In this document: positions 50,859 to 59,569 of the stretch, piece after piece
Layout of the letters: each line of letters begins with the position of its first letter
How positions within the stretch are numbered: position 1 is the stretch's first letter
Origin: Thiotrichales bacterium
Lineage (GTDB): Bacteria > Pseudomonadota > Gammaproteobacteria > HK1
DNA: 64,000 nt
Assembly (NCBI GenBank): GCA_026709935.1
Contig: JAPOSC010000044.1
Span: 1,911-65,910, forward strand
Direction of reading: 5' to 3'
Program-made: the position numbers and the translations under genes
The notes under the pieces: model-generated
What the model saw: only the letters and a program-made list of their open reading frames with translations
Told to the model about the DNA's origin: nothing
Database searches by the model: none

Positions 50859-53513
50859 ATGGAATCCACCATCTTCAAGTTCGTGCTCAGGTACAGCCTG
50901 CGCGAGCAGATCCTCCTGCTCGTGCTCACCGTCGCCTCATTCCCGTTCTTCTACCTCCTCCTCTACCTGCCGAAACTGATTGTCAACGAGACGATCGACG
51001 CCGACGGGGCCGCGTTCCCGGTCGAGGTTCTCGGCTTCAGGCTCGGGCAGGTCGAGTATCTCCTCGTCCTGTGTGCGGTGTTCCTCGCCCTCGTCCTCGT
51101 CAACGGCAGCTTCAAGTACTTTCTCAACGTCTACCGCGGGGTGGTCGGCGAGCGCATGCTTCGCCGCTTGCGCTACGACCTCTTCGTGCGCATGCTGCGC
51201 TTCCCGCTGCCGAGGTTTCGCCGGACTTCTCAGGGCGAGCTGGTCTCCACCATCGTGGCCGAGACCGACCCGCTCGGTGGCTACATCGGCGATTCCATCG
51301 CCCTGCCCGCGTTCCAGGGCGGGATGCTCATCACCCTGCTGATCTTCATGTTCATCGAGGACCCGGTGCTCGGAGTGGCCGCCATCGCGCTCTACCCGGT
51401 GCAGATGTGGCTCATCCCGAAGCTGCAACGCAAGCTCAACGCGAGGAAGAAGGAGCGGATCCGGCTCGCCCGCGCGCTCTCCGAGCGCATCGGGGAGGTG
51501 GCGAGCGGGATCCGCGAGGTCCATACCCACGACACCTCCCGGCTCGAGCGGGCGGAATACACGGAGCGGGTCGGGGAGATCTACCGGGTCCGGGTCCTGA
51601 TCTACCGCCTGAAGTTCCTGATCAAGTTCGCCAACAACTTCATCGCCCAGATCACCCCATTCTTCTTCTACTCCATCGGTGGCTACCTCGTGATCCAGGA
51701 CGACCTGACCTTCGGCTCCCTCGTGGCGGTCATCGCCGCCTACGAGAAGCTCGCCGATCCGTGGAAGCAGCTTCTCAACTTCTACCAGGTCAAGGAGGAC
51801 GCCAAGGGCAAGTACGAGCTTCTGCTCGAGACGTTCCAGGCGCCGGGAATGCTCGATGAGGCGAAGATCGACACCGAGCCGGAGACACGCGCCCCGATCA
51901 CGGGCGCCCTCGTTGCCACCAACCTCGATCTGAAGGAGGAGGACGAGAGCGACACGACGTTCTCCGGCGGGCTCTCCCTCACCACCGAGCTCCCCGCGAC
52001 TCTCGCGGTGGTCGGCGGCCAGGGCTGCGGCAGCGACCGCCTCGCCCATATCATCGCCGGCCTCAAGCGTCCCGCCGCCGGGCAGCTCCTGGCCGGCGCC
52101 CTGGATCTCCTCTCCGCCCCCGAGGCGGTGACCGGTCGCCAGATCGCCTACGTGGGCTCCGAGACGAGCCTGTTCTCCGGCACGCTCCGCGACAATCTGC
52201 TCTACGGCCTCAAGCACCGCCCGACGCGCGCCCCCGACTACGACGAATCCGGCGCCGCACAGTGGGAGCGGCTCCGGACCGAGGCCGAGCGGGCCGGGAA
52301 TTCGCCCCTCGACATCCGCGCGGACTGGATCGACTACGCCGGCGCGGGCGTCGAAGACGAGGAGTCGATGAATGCGCGCGCCATCGAGGTGCTGTCCGTC
52401 GTGGACATGGACGACGACATCTATCAGCTCGGGCTCCAGTCGAGCGTGGACCCCGACGCGGTTCCGGAGCTTGCCCGCGGCGTGCTGGAGGCGCGCCGGA
52501 CGCTGCGCGCGAGGCTCGCGGATCTGCGCGTCGAGCACCTCGTCGATCCCTTCGACCGCGACGCCTACAACGTCAACATGACGGTGGCGGAGAACCTGCT
52601 CTTCGGCACTCCGCAGGACCGGACGTTCGACCCGGAGAACCTCGCCGGGAATTCGTATGTACGCAAGGTGCTCGACGATGTCGGTCTGATGGACGACTTC
52701 GTGGACATCGGACGGCAGGTCGCGCGGCTCATGGTCGATCTCTTCGCCGATGTCGCCCCGGGCAGCGAGCTGTTCGAGCAGTTCAGCTTCATCGCGGCGG
52801 AGGACCTGCCGGTCTTCCGCGGCCTGCTCGCGCGCACCGAATCCGCGCGCGCGACCGACCTCGATGACGAGGACCGGACGATGTTCCTGTCGCTCACCTT
52901 CAAGCTTGTGCCGGCGCGCCACCGGCTCGGGCTCATCGACGAGCCGATGCAGGAGCGCCTGGTGCTGGCGCGTCGCCGGTTCTCGGAGGGGTTCGGCGCC
53001 GACGAGACCCCCATCGAGTTCTTCGACGCGGAGCGCTTCAACTCGTCGGTCTCCATTCTGGACAACATCCTGTTCGGGCGGCTTGCCTACGGGCGCCAGC
53101 GCAGCGCGTCGCGCATCAACGAGATGATCGGCGAGGTGGTGGATGCGCTGGGGCTGCGCCGACTCGTCACCGAGTGCGGGCTCGACTATCCGGTGGGGAT
53201 CGCGGGCTCGCGGCTCTCCTCGATGCAACGCCAGAAGCTCGCCATCGCGCGCGCGGTACTGAAACGCCCGGACGTGCTTGTCGTCGACCGCGCGACCGCG
53301 CCGCTCGACGCCGCGTCGCAGGCTCGAATCCTCGATAACCTGTTGAAAGAGTTTGATTCCCGCGCCTTGATCTGGATGGTCCACCGTGCCAGCCTTGCCG
53401 AGCGTTTCAAGCAGACGATCGTGATGGAGGGCGGCAAGGTGGTGGAGCAGGGGACGTTCGCGGAGTTGAACCGGCCCGGGACCGCGTTCCACACCCTGGC
53501 GCTGGCCGGCTGA
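50859..53513 (+). CDS. ABC exporter (TMD + NBD with large insertion, degenerate motifs)
   Basis: ABCB-like TM domain; GGQGCGSD Walker A-like, LSSMQRQK and VLVVDRAT motifs. Confidence 0.8.
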   Translation: MESTIFKFVLRYSLREQILLLVLTVASFPFFYLLLYLPKLIVNETIDADGAAFPVEVLGFRLGQVEYLLVLCAVFLALVLVNGSFKYFLNVYRGVVGERMLRRLRYDLFVRMLRFPLPRFRRTSQGELVSTIVAETDPLGGYIGDSIALPAFQGGMLITLLIFMFIEDPVLGVAAIALYPVQMWLIPKLQRKLNARKKERIRLARALSERIGEVASGIREVHTHDTSRLERAEYTERVGEIYRVRVLIYRLKFLIKFANNFIAQITPFFFYSIGGYLVIQDDLTFGSLVAVIAAYEKLADPWKQLLNFYQVKEDAKGKYELLLETFQAPGMLDEAKIDTEPETRAPITGALVATNLDLKEEDESDTTFSGGLSLTTELPATLAVVGGQGCGSDRLAHIIAGLKRPAAGQLLAGALDLLSAPEAVTGRQIAYVGSETSLFSGTLRDNLLYGLKHRPTRAPDYDESGAAQWERLRTEAERAGNSPLDIRADWIDYAGAGVEDEESMNARAIEVLSVVDMDDDIYQLGLQSSVDPDAVPELARGVLEARRTLRARLADLRVEHLVDPFDRDAYNVNMTVAENLLFGTPQDRTFDPENLAGNSYVRKVLDDVGLMDDFVDIGRQVARLMVDLFADVAPGSELFEQFSFIAAEDLPVFRGLLARTESARATDLDDEDRTMFLSLTFKLVPARHRLGLIDEPMQERLVLARRRFSEGFGADETPIEFFDAERFNSSVSILDNILFGRLAYGRQRSASRINEMIGEVVDALGLRRLVTECGLDYPVGIAGSRLSSMQRQKLAIARAVLKRPDVLVVDRATAPLDAASQARILDNLLKEFDSRALIWMVHRASLAERFKQTIVMEGGKVVEQGTFAELNRPGTAFHTLALAG

Positions 53514-53657
53514 GGCGCTGATGAAGCCGCTCGACCTCCCCGAGATCGTGACCTGCATCCCGGTTGCGGCCTTGTCTCCGTCGTCTGAAAGCTGTTTGCA
53601 AATTCGGCTCGACGGCAGGAATCGACGCCGCACGGGGCACCCAGGAATGACCGGCCG

Positions 53658-54146
53658 ATGACCATGGACCTCACCACCGAAGCCGAGATGCTTCGCAAGG
53701 TGCCGATGTTCTCGAAGCTGGAGCTCTCGAAGCTCAAGCTTCTCGCGTTCACCAGCGAGCTTTGTACTTTCGACCCGAGCGAGGTGCTGTTCGAGGCGGG
53801 CGACGCGCCGGACAGCGCCTACGTGATCATGGAAGGGGCGGTCGAGATCGTGGCCGAGACCGAGACCGGGTCGGTGGTGGAGGGCGTCCTCGGCACGAAC
53901 GAACTGTTCGGCGAGCTCGGAGTTCTGACCAATTCGCCCCGCTCGGCCACCATTCGCGCCCAGGACCGGCTCGTCGCGCTGCGCATCACCGACGAGATGT
54001 TCCTCAAGCTGCTGGCGGAGAATCCGGCGGTGGCGCTCGACGTGATGCGGCAGTTGAGCGAGAAGCTGGTGCGTTCGCACGAGCAGTTCGTGGCGCTGCA
54101 GAAGCGATTGCCGCCGTCCGGCGCCGGGGGCCCCGGCGTCGGCTGA
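53658..54146 (+). CDS. Stand-alone cyclic nucleotide-binding domain protein
   Basis: LFEAGD, FGELGVL and PRSATIRA motifs; no HTH domain. Confidence 0.88.
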   Translation: MTMDLTTEAEMLRKVPMFSKLELSKLKLLAFTSELCTFDPSEVLFEAGDAPDSAYVIMEGAVEIVAETETGSVVEGVLGTNELFGELGVLTNSPRSATIRAQDRLVALRITDEMFLKLLAENPAVALDVMRQLSEKLVRSHEQFVALQKRLPPSGAGGPGVG

Positions 54147-54171
54147 GGGGCCGGCGCCGGCCGCAGCGGCA

Positions 54172-54822
54172 GTGCGTGATTCCGGGAGCGGATCCTTGCT
54201 GGACCGACCACGTTTCGAAGCGCTGTGGAACCGCCGCATCGGCGAAGGTGCGGGCGAGGTGTTCGACGAACTCGAAACCCTGTACGGCGAGCCGCATCGC
54301 GCCTACCACGCCGCCACGCATATCGAGTACTGCCTGCGCCTGTTCGATCTCGCCGCCGAGGGCATGGACGAGCCGGACGCGGTCGAGATGGCGCTGTGGT
54401 TCCACGATGCGATCTACGACATTCCGCCCCGGGAGAACGAGCGGCGCAGCGCGGAACTGTTCGTGGCGCGGGCCGGGGAGCGGGGATCGGAGCGGTTTCG
54501 ATCGAAGGTACACGGGCTCATCATGGCCACGACCCACCTCGATCCGCCGACGACGCTCGACGAGGCATTCATCGTCGATATCGACCTTTCGAGCTTCGGC
54601 CGGCCCTGGGAGGAATTCCTCGACGACAGCCGCGCGGTGCGCGCCGAACTCGCGCATGTGCCGGATGCCGAGTTCTACCCCAGGCAACGGAAGTTTCTGG
54701 ATTCGCTCGCCGCTCGCCCCGAGTTCTGCTTCACCGAGTTCTTCCGGGAGCGGCACGGGGCGCAGGCGCGGAAGAACATCGCGCGGCTGTGCGCAGTGCT
54801 GGAGGCGCAGGGTAGGATCTGA
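54172..54822 (+). CDS. HD-superfamily metal-dependent phosphohydrolase-like protein (COG4339-like)
   Basis: YGEPHRAYH..THI, ALWFHDAIYD, NERRSA and DIDLS motifs. Confidence 0.75.
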   Translation: MRDSGSGSLLDRPRFEALWNRRIGEGAGEVFDELETLYGEPHRAYHAATHIEYCLRLFDLAAEGMDEPDAVEMALWFHDAIYDIPPRENERRSAELFVARAGERGSERFRSKVHGLIMATTHLDPPTTLDEAFIVDIDLSSFGRPWEEFLDDSRAVRAELAHVPDAEFYPRQRKFLDSLAARPEFCFTEFFRERHGAQARKNIARLCAVLEAQGRI

Positions 54823-54964
54823 ACGGGAAGAAAGACGCGCGCGATCACGATTTCGGCGCGTGGCCCCTGCTACATGACCGACTGCTGGGGTGCGACGCGT
54901 TCCGCGATTTCGTGACCGCTCTCGCCGCAAAGAATCTCGCCGGGATGCACCGACCTCCCGGGGC

Positions 54965-55168
54965 TCAGGTCGTCGCTTCCGGGCTCGGGCTCCCTCGGCG
55001 CTTAAACCCCTCGAACAAGCCTTCGAGGCGTGCTATGCGTTCACGAACGTCCGCCACGTCCCGGCGCAAGTCGTGCAAGGACGGGACGATGAGTGTTGCG
55101 AGCCCGATTCCGAGCGTCGCACCCACCGCGACAACGGAGACAATGATTGCAATCGTGTTGTTGTCCAT
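54965..55168 (-). CDS. Small TM + coiled-coil protein
   Basis: Hydrophobic N-terminus; RERIARLEGLFEG motif; paralogous to 29970-30176. Confidence 0.7.
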   Translation of the reverse strand: MDNNTIAIIVSVVAVGATLGIGLATLIVPSLHDLRRDVADVRERIARLEGLFEGFKRRGSPSPEATT

Positions 55169-55226
55169 GCGAATACCCCGGATGTCTCGTGCACTTTAAC
55201 TCATTGCCGTCGTGCGACAATACCCG

Positions 55227-56003
55227 TTACAACCCTGCGGATCCTCGCCCTGTCATCCTGGCTGCCGCCGGCTGTTCATCCCTCGACTTGCGTGCGCTCG
55301 GTATACCTTCGGCGGACGGAGCGGCAAGCGTTTGCGTCATCCGCGCCGGTTCCTGCCCGCGACTTGCGGGAAGCAACCGCGGATCCGAACGCGGTGGTTC
55401 GACGAAGGCGGCTGCGCTCGGGACTTCGCGAGCCGGAAGCGTTGCGTCCTCGTCGGGTGTCTCCGTCAGGACCGCGGTAGCCTGACGCTCGTACACGTCG
55501 CGCACCCTCCCGCTCCGGTCGACGGACTGTCCCGGCACAAGAATGGCACTCGTCCCCTCGCGCGATACCCGGATGCGGAACCCTCCGCCCGGTACTGCGT
55601 CGGTCTCGACGCGGACTCCCGCCGGAGTCGATCCTCCCGCGACGATCTCGACCCCGTTGACCCACGTTACCCGGTGACCGTCGCTGCGCATGACGACGCC
55701 GTCGAGGGTCACGGCGAATGCGGTCGAGCCACGTTCGGGCTCGGGACGTGATACGCGTCCAGCCGGGCCGGGGACCGGGATCGGCTCCGGGACCTCTCCG
55801 GGGCTGGTGTCGTCGCGAAGCCGATCGAGCTCGACGCGCTGTTCGGGACTGGAGAAGAGCCGCCCGATTCGCGACTGCGCGTGTGCGTCGGGGGCCGGTG
55901 CGAGGGGTGCAAGCGCGCCCGTTACCAGACAGGCGATGACGGGCGCTGTCCGCCAGCATCGAGTCGCAGCCGAAGTCCCGACGGCCGGGCCGATGCGCAC
56001 CAT
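55227..56003 (-). CDS. Pilus-cluster exported hypothetical protein
   Basis: Signal peptide then GRLFSSPEQRVELDRLR and DGVVMRSDG..VTWVNG; low-complexity tail. Confidence 0.6.
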   Translation of the reverse strand: MVRIGPAVGTSAATRCWRTAPVIACLVTGALAPLAPAPDAHAQSRIGRLFSSPEQRVELDRLRDDTSPGEVPEPIPVPGPAGRVSRPEPERGSTAFAVTLDGVVMRSDGHRVTWVNGVEIVAGGSTPAGVRVETDAVPGGGFRIRVSREGTSAILVPGQSVDRSGRVRDVYERQATAVLTETPDEDATLPAREVPSAAAFVEPPRSDPRLLPASRGQEPARMTQTLAAPSAEGIPSARKSRDEQPAAARMTGRGSAGL

Positions 56004-56083
56004 GCCGTCGCGTGGACGCTGGGCATCGCGCCGCGTCGGGCGTCCGGCCGTGGGCGCGCCAGAGGGCATCCGCGCCGGGCTGC

Positions 56084-56719
56084 TCACTGCCCGCCCTCGC
56101 TGCGCGCGAACGTGAACCAGCGCAGATCGCACTCCGCGCTCAGGTTGATGGCTCCGGGGCGCATGACGAAGTCCGGCCCCGACCGACGGATGCCGCAGCG
56201 CTCGATGTGGAACAGCCCGGCCTCCGCGCTCCTGAGCTCCCGGAACAGTCGTTCCAGATCGCCCTCGTGCAGGAGGCCGACCTCGACATGCACCACGGTC
56301 GAGAACGCGCCATGGCCGCCGGTATCGAGACCGGCGCCCGCTTCGTGGGCGGTGCGGGGTTCGATTCGGTAGCGCAGCGACGGCAATCCCACCCGTGCTG
56401 CCGCCGCGCGCAGAGTTTCGATCCATTCGAGCCGCCGCTCCTCGCCGATGACTCCGGCCGCCCGCAGCGAACGGTACGCCGGCAGCCAGGTCTCGATCTG
56501 CCGCTTCTGCTCGTCGATGGTTCGGTAGCGCGCACGTACTGTTTCGAGTCGGTTTTTCTCCCGGTCGTAGCCGCGCAATGCCTCGGCCTGGAGTTGCAGC
56601 GCGCCGGTGGCCACGGCCGTGCCGATGGCCGCGGCGCCCGCGACGAGCCCCAGAGGGCCGCGCAACATGCGCCAATCGATCCTGCGCACCGACTCAGGTC
56701 TCCGTCCCGTCCGGGACAT
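56084..56719 (-). CDS. PilO/GspM-like inner membrane alignment protein
   Basis: TM + coiled coil + ferredoxin-like LLHEGDL..LF...C..LRW segment; position in operon. Confidence 0.6.
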   Translation of the reverse strand: MSRTGRRPESVRRIDWRMLRGPLGLVAGAAAIGTAVATGALQLQAEALRGYDREKNRLETVRARYRTIDEQKRQIETWLPAYRSLRAAGVIGEERRLEWIETLRAAAARVGLPSLRYRIEPRTAHEAGAGLDTGGHGAFSTVVHVEVGLLHEGDLERLFRELRSAEAGLFHIERCGIRRSGPDFVMRPGAINLSAECDLRWFTFARSEGGQ

Positions 56720-58367
56720 CGGCGCGCAGGGTCACTCGCATCTCGAACGTCGCATCCTCGCCGGTGGTGCCGGCGGCTCCGGTCAGGGCGTGTTCCGATC
56801 CGAGTTCCAGCGGCAGACTCAGGATCCGCACGTGCTCGACCCCGGAGGGTGCGGCGAGCGCATCCGCGAGCCGACGGACGGTGTCGATGGCTGCACGATA
56901 GTCGCCGTCGAACGGTTCGATCCGTGCGCTGAAGCGCGCAGCCTGGAACTGCCGCCGCGAATCGTGCGGCGGCCGGTGGCCGGAGGGTCGCGTTTCGGTC
57001 CGGTCGTCACCCGGCGCGCTGACGGGCGCTTCCGGATCGTCGCTCGTGCGCCACGAGAGCGCCTCGATATGCACCCGCGGAAAGTCTGCGAGGGCCTGGC
57101 TCAGGTGCGCGAGAACATCCACCGGATCCGCCTGCCGGCGTTGCCGCGCGTTCACGGCCGAGACCACCCGTTCCAGCTCGACCGGCTCGGCCGGGGTGGA
57201 CGGCAGCGCCGCCTGCGCGGCCCGATACCGGCGCTCGTAGAGCGTGGCGTGTACGGCGAGTGTATCGGCGTGCCCGCGCGCGGCGACTCCTTCGAGAGCG
57301 ACGACTCCCCCGAACAGACCGGCCCCGACCGCGATGACCGCACTCCCGGCTTTCAGGGCGAGACCGATCCGCCCTGCCGAATGCCGGCGGATCTGATCGG
57401 GCGTCGCGTAGTGGTTGCGTGGCGGGTGGCCTGCGACCAGAAGGTGGACGAACAGCCGATCGGCGCTCGCTTCGCCGTCCCATCGGCGCAATCCGAGCCG
57501 ACGGGCGACCGTGGCGAGATCCACCACGCGGCACCGCGCCGGGGTGTCCTCGTCGTCGTTACCGCCCGCGCTGCCCGTGCCATCTTTTGCGTTCACGTCG
57601 GCGTCATGCGCCGCAAGCGCTCGCCGCAACCCTTCGAGCGGCGCGCCATGGCTCAGCACGTGAACGTCGAGGCGATCGCCGGATGCTCCGGAGCCCCGGC
57701 TCGCCAGATTCGCCAGGTTCCCCGGATTGCGCAGGTAGCGGCGAGTCCGTTCGATCTCGGCCAGGATGTGGGACTCGTGCCCGCCGGCGGCGGGATGGGG
57801 GAGGGCGGCGAGCCGCGAGAATCGCAGTTTCCCGCCCCGGAAGCAGGTCTGCCGGAGTCCGCCGCCGGACTGTCGCGAGACCACCAACACATGCTCGCCC
57901 ACCGCCCCGACCGCTTTCAGCATCGGTGCGGTGAGCATGGCGGGGGAATGAATGCCGGCGAGCGGGACGCCGCGCTCCTCCATCGCGGCGAGCCAGCCGG
58001 CGAGCGTCTCGGGCCGGGTAATCGCGCTCAGGCGCACGCGGTCGTCGCGCCGGCCGTCCGGCTCCCGCCCGAGCCGCGCCGCGTGCAGGTAGCGTGCGCC
58101 GGGGAAGGCCCGGGCCGCCCGCGCGCGCATCAGCGCCCCGCGTTCCCAGGCGAGCACGTGCGGAACCGTCTCCTCGCGGAACTCCTCCTCCACCACGTCG
58201 GCCACGACGTGGGTGATCTCGTCCGGGAACCGATCGAGGTAGCGCGCGAATTCGGCGCGTCCGTCTTCGTCCGCCCCGAACGGGAACGGGCCGAGCAGTT
58301 TCGAGCCGTGCCGGTGGTACGCAACCAGCCCCGCGCCCGAAATCACGAAGACCCGTCGCGCCGCCAT
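56694..58367 (-). CDS. PilM/PilN (GspL-like) fused alignment protein
   Basis: Cytoplasmic N-terminal domain (VVADVVEEEFREETVP), central TM, periplasmic C-terminal domain; ATG overlaps the platform gene stop. Confidence 0.6.
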   Translation of the reverse strand: MAARRVFVISGAGLVAYHRHGSKLLGPFPFGADEDGRAEFARYLDRFPDEITHVVADVVEEEFREETVPHVLAWERGALMRARAARAFPGARYLHAARLGREPDGRRDDRVRLSAITRPETLAGWLAAMEERGVPLAGIHSPAMLTAPMLKAVGAVGEHVLVVSRQSGGGLRQTCFRGGKLRFSRLAALPHPAAGGHESHILAEIERTRRYLRNPGNLANLASRGSGASGDRLDVHVLSHGAPLEGLRRALAAHDADVNAKDGTGSAGGNDDEDTPARCRVVDLATVARRLGLRRWDGEASADRLFVHLLVAGHPPRNHYATPDQIRRHSAGRIGLALKAGSAVIAVGAGLFGGVVALEGVAARGHADTLAVHATLYERRYRAAQAALPSTPAEPVELERVVSAVNARQRRQADPVDVLAHLSQALADFPRVHIEALSWRTSDDPEAPVSAPGDDRTETRPSGHRPPHDSRRQFQAARFSARIEPFDGDYRAAIDTVRRLADALAAPSGVEHVRILSLPLELGSEHALTGAAGTTGEDATFEMRVTLRADVPDGTET

Positions 58368-59569
58368 CAGATGCCGATGGTGGCGATCAGGTCGTAGATC
58401 GGCCCGAGCACGGAGAAGATCACCCAGAACAGGATCGCGCCGAGTACGACGGTGATAGTCGGGCCGATCATCGCCTGGAGCTGTTCCATCGACTCCGATA
58501 CGCCGCGGTTGTAGTAGCGGCTCACGTTGAGCAGCGCGGCGTCCAGAGCGCCGGTGCTCTCGCCGAGGCGCAGCATCCGCAGTACCAGGGGCGAGAACAG
58601 CCCCGTCGCCTCGAACCCCGCACTGATGCCGGCGCCCTCCGCGATCTTCGCCCCCGCCCGACGGGTGGCGTCCTCCACCGCCCGGTTTCCGGCGATGCCC
58701 TCGCAGATGCGGATGCACTCCAGCACTGTGATCCCGGATGCGTAGAGCAGCGCGAAGCTGCCCGCGAACCGGGCGAGGAGGATCCGCTGCATGATCGGAC
58801 CCACCAGCCAGGTCCGGAGCTTGAACGCATCCACCGCATGCGCCACCGCGGGACTCGCCCGGCCGAGCGCGCGCAGGAGAAGGAAGGCGGCGACGGGCGC
58901 CGTGAGAGCGAGATACCAATACGCCACGAACAGATCCGAGACGAGGATGAGCGCCCGCGTGTGGGCCGGAAGCGCTTGCCCCATCCCCTCGATGAAGGAG
59001 ACGAGCTGCGGCACGAGATGGGTCATCAGGAAGAACACCACGAGCATGACCACGGCGCCCGCGATGGCCGGATAGGTGAGCAGCCGGCGCATCAGCGCGA
59101 TCTGTTCGTTCTGCCACTTCAGGTGCTCGTTGAGGTGGCCGAGGATCTCTCCCACCCGACCCGACAGCTCGCCGGCGTGGACGAGGTTGACGAAGACCGC
59201 CTCGAATACCCGCGGGTGCTCGCGCATCGCGCCGGACAGCGTCGCGCCACCCTCGATCGACACCACCATGTCCGCCAGCACCTCGCGCAGGCGCGGGTTG
59301 CCGGCGGAGTCGCGCAGCGTGGCGAGTCCCTCCAGCACCGGCACCCCGGCGGTCAGGAGCTGCTCCATGTGGAAGCAGAACCCGACGAGATCGCCGCGGC
59401 GCACCCGGGCGCGCCGGAGCGCGCGTCGGACTCTCGCCTCGCGGAAGGTAACGAGGTCGAGTCCGAGCCGCGCGAGCCGGGCCTCCAGGTCGGCCGGGTT
59501 GGCGGCCTCTATCTCGCCGGTGCGCTTGCGGCCGCGCTCGTCGACCGCCTTGTATCGCATCAGCGGCAT
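58367..59569 (-). CDS. GspF/PilC/MshG-family platform protein
   Basis: LLTAGVPVLEGL, AGELSG and LGESTGALD motifs. Confidence 0.92.
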   Translation of the reverse strand: MPLMRYKAVDERGRKRTGEIEAANPADLEARLARLGLDLVTFREARVRRALRRARVRRGDLVGFCFHMEQLLTAGVPVLEGLATLRDSAGNPRLREVLADMVVSIEGGATLSGAMREHPRVFEAVFVNLVHAGELSGRVGEILGHLNEHLKWQNEQIALMRRLLTYPAIAGAVVMLVVFFLMTHLVPQLVSFIEGMGQALPAHTRALILVSDLFVAYWYLALTAPVAAFLLLRALGRASPAVAHAVDAFKLRTWLVGPIMQRILLARFAGSFALLYASGITVLECIRICEGIAGNRAVEDATRRAGAKIAEGAGISAGFEATGLFSPLVLRMLRLGESTGALDAALLNVSRYYNRGVSESMEQLQAMIGPTITVVLGAILFWVIFSVLGPIYDLIATIGI

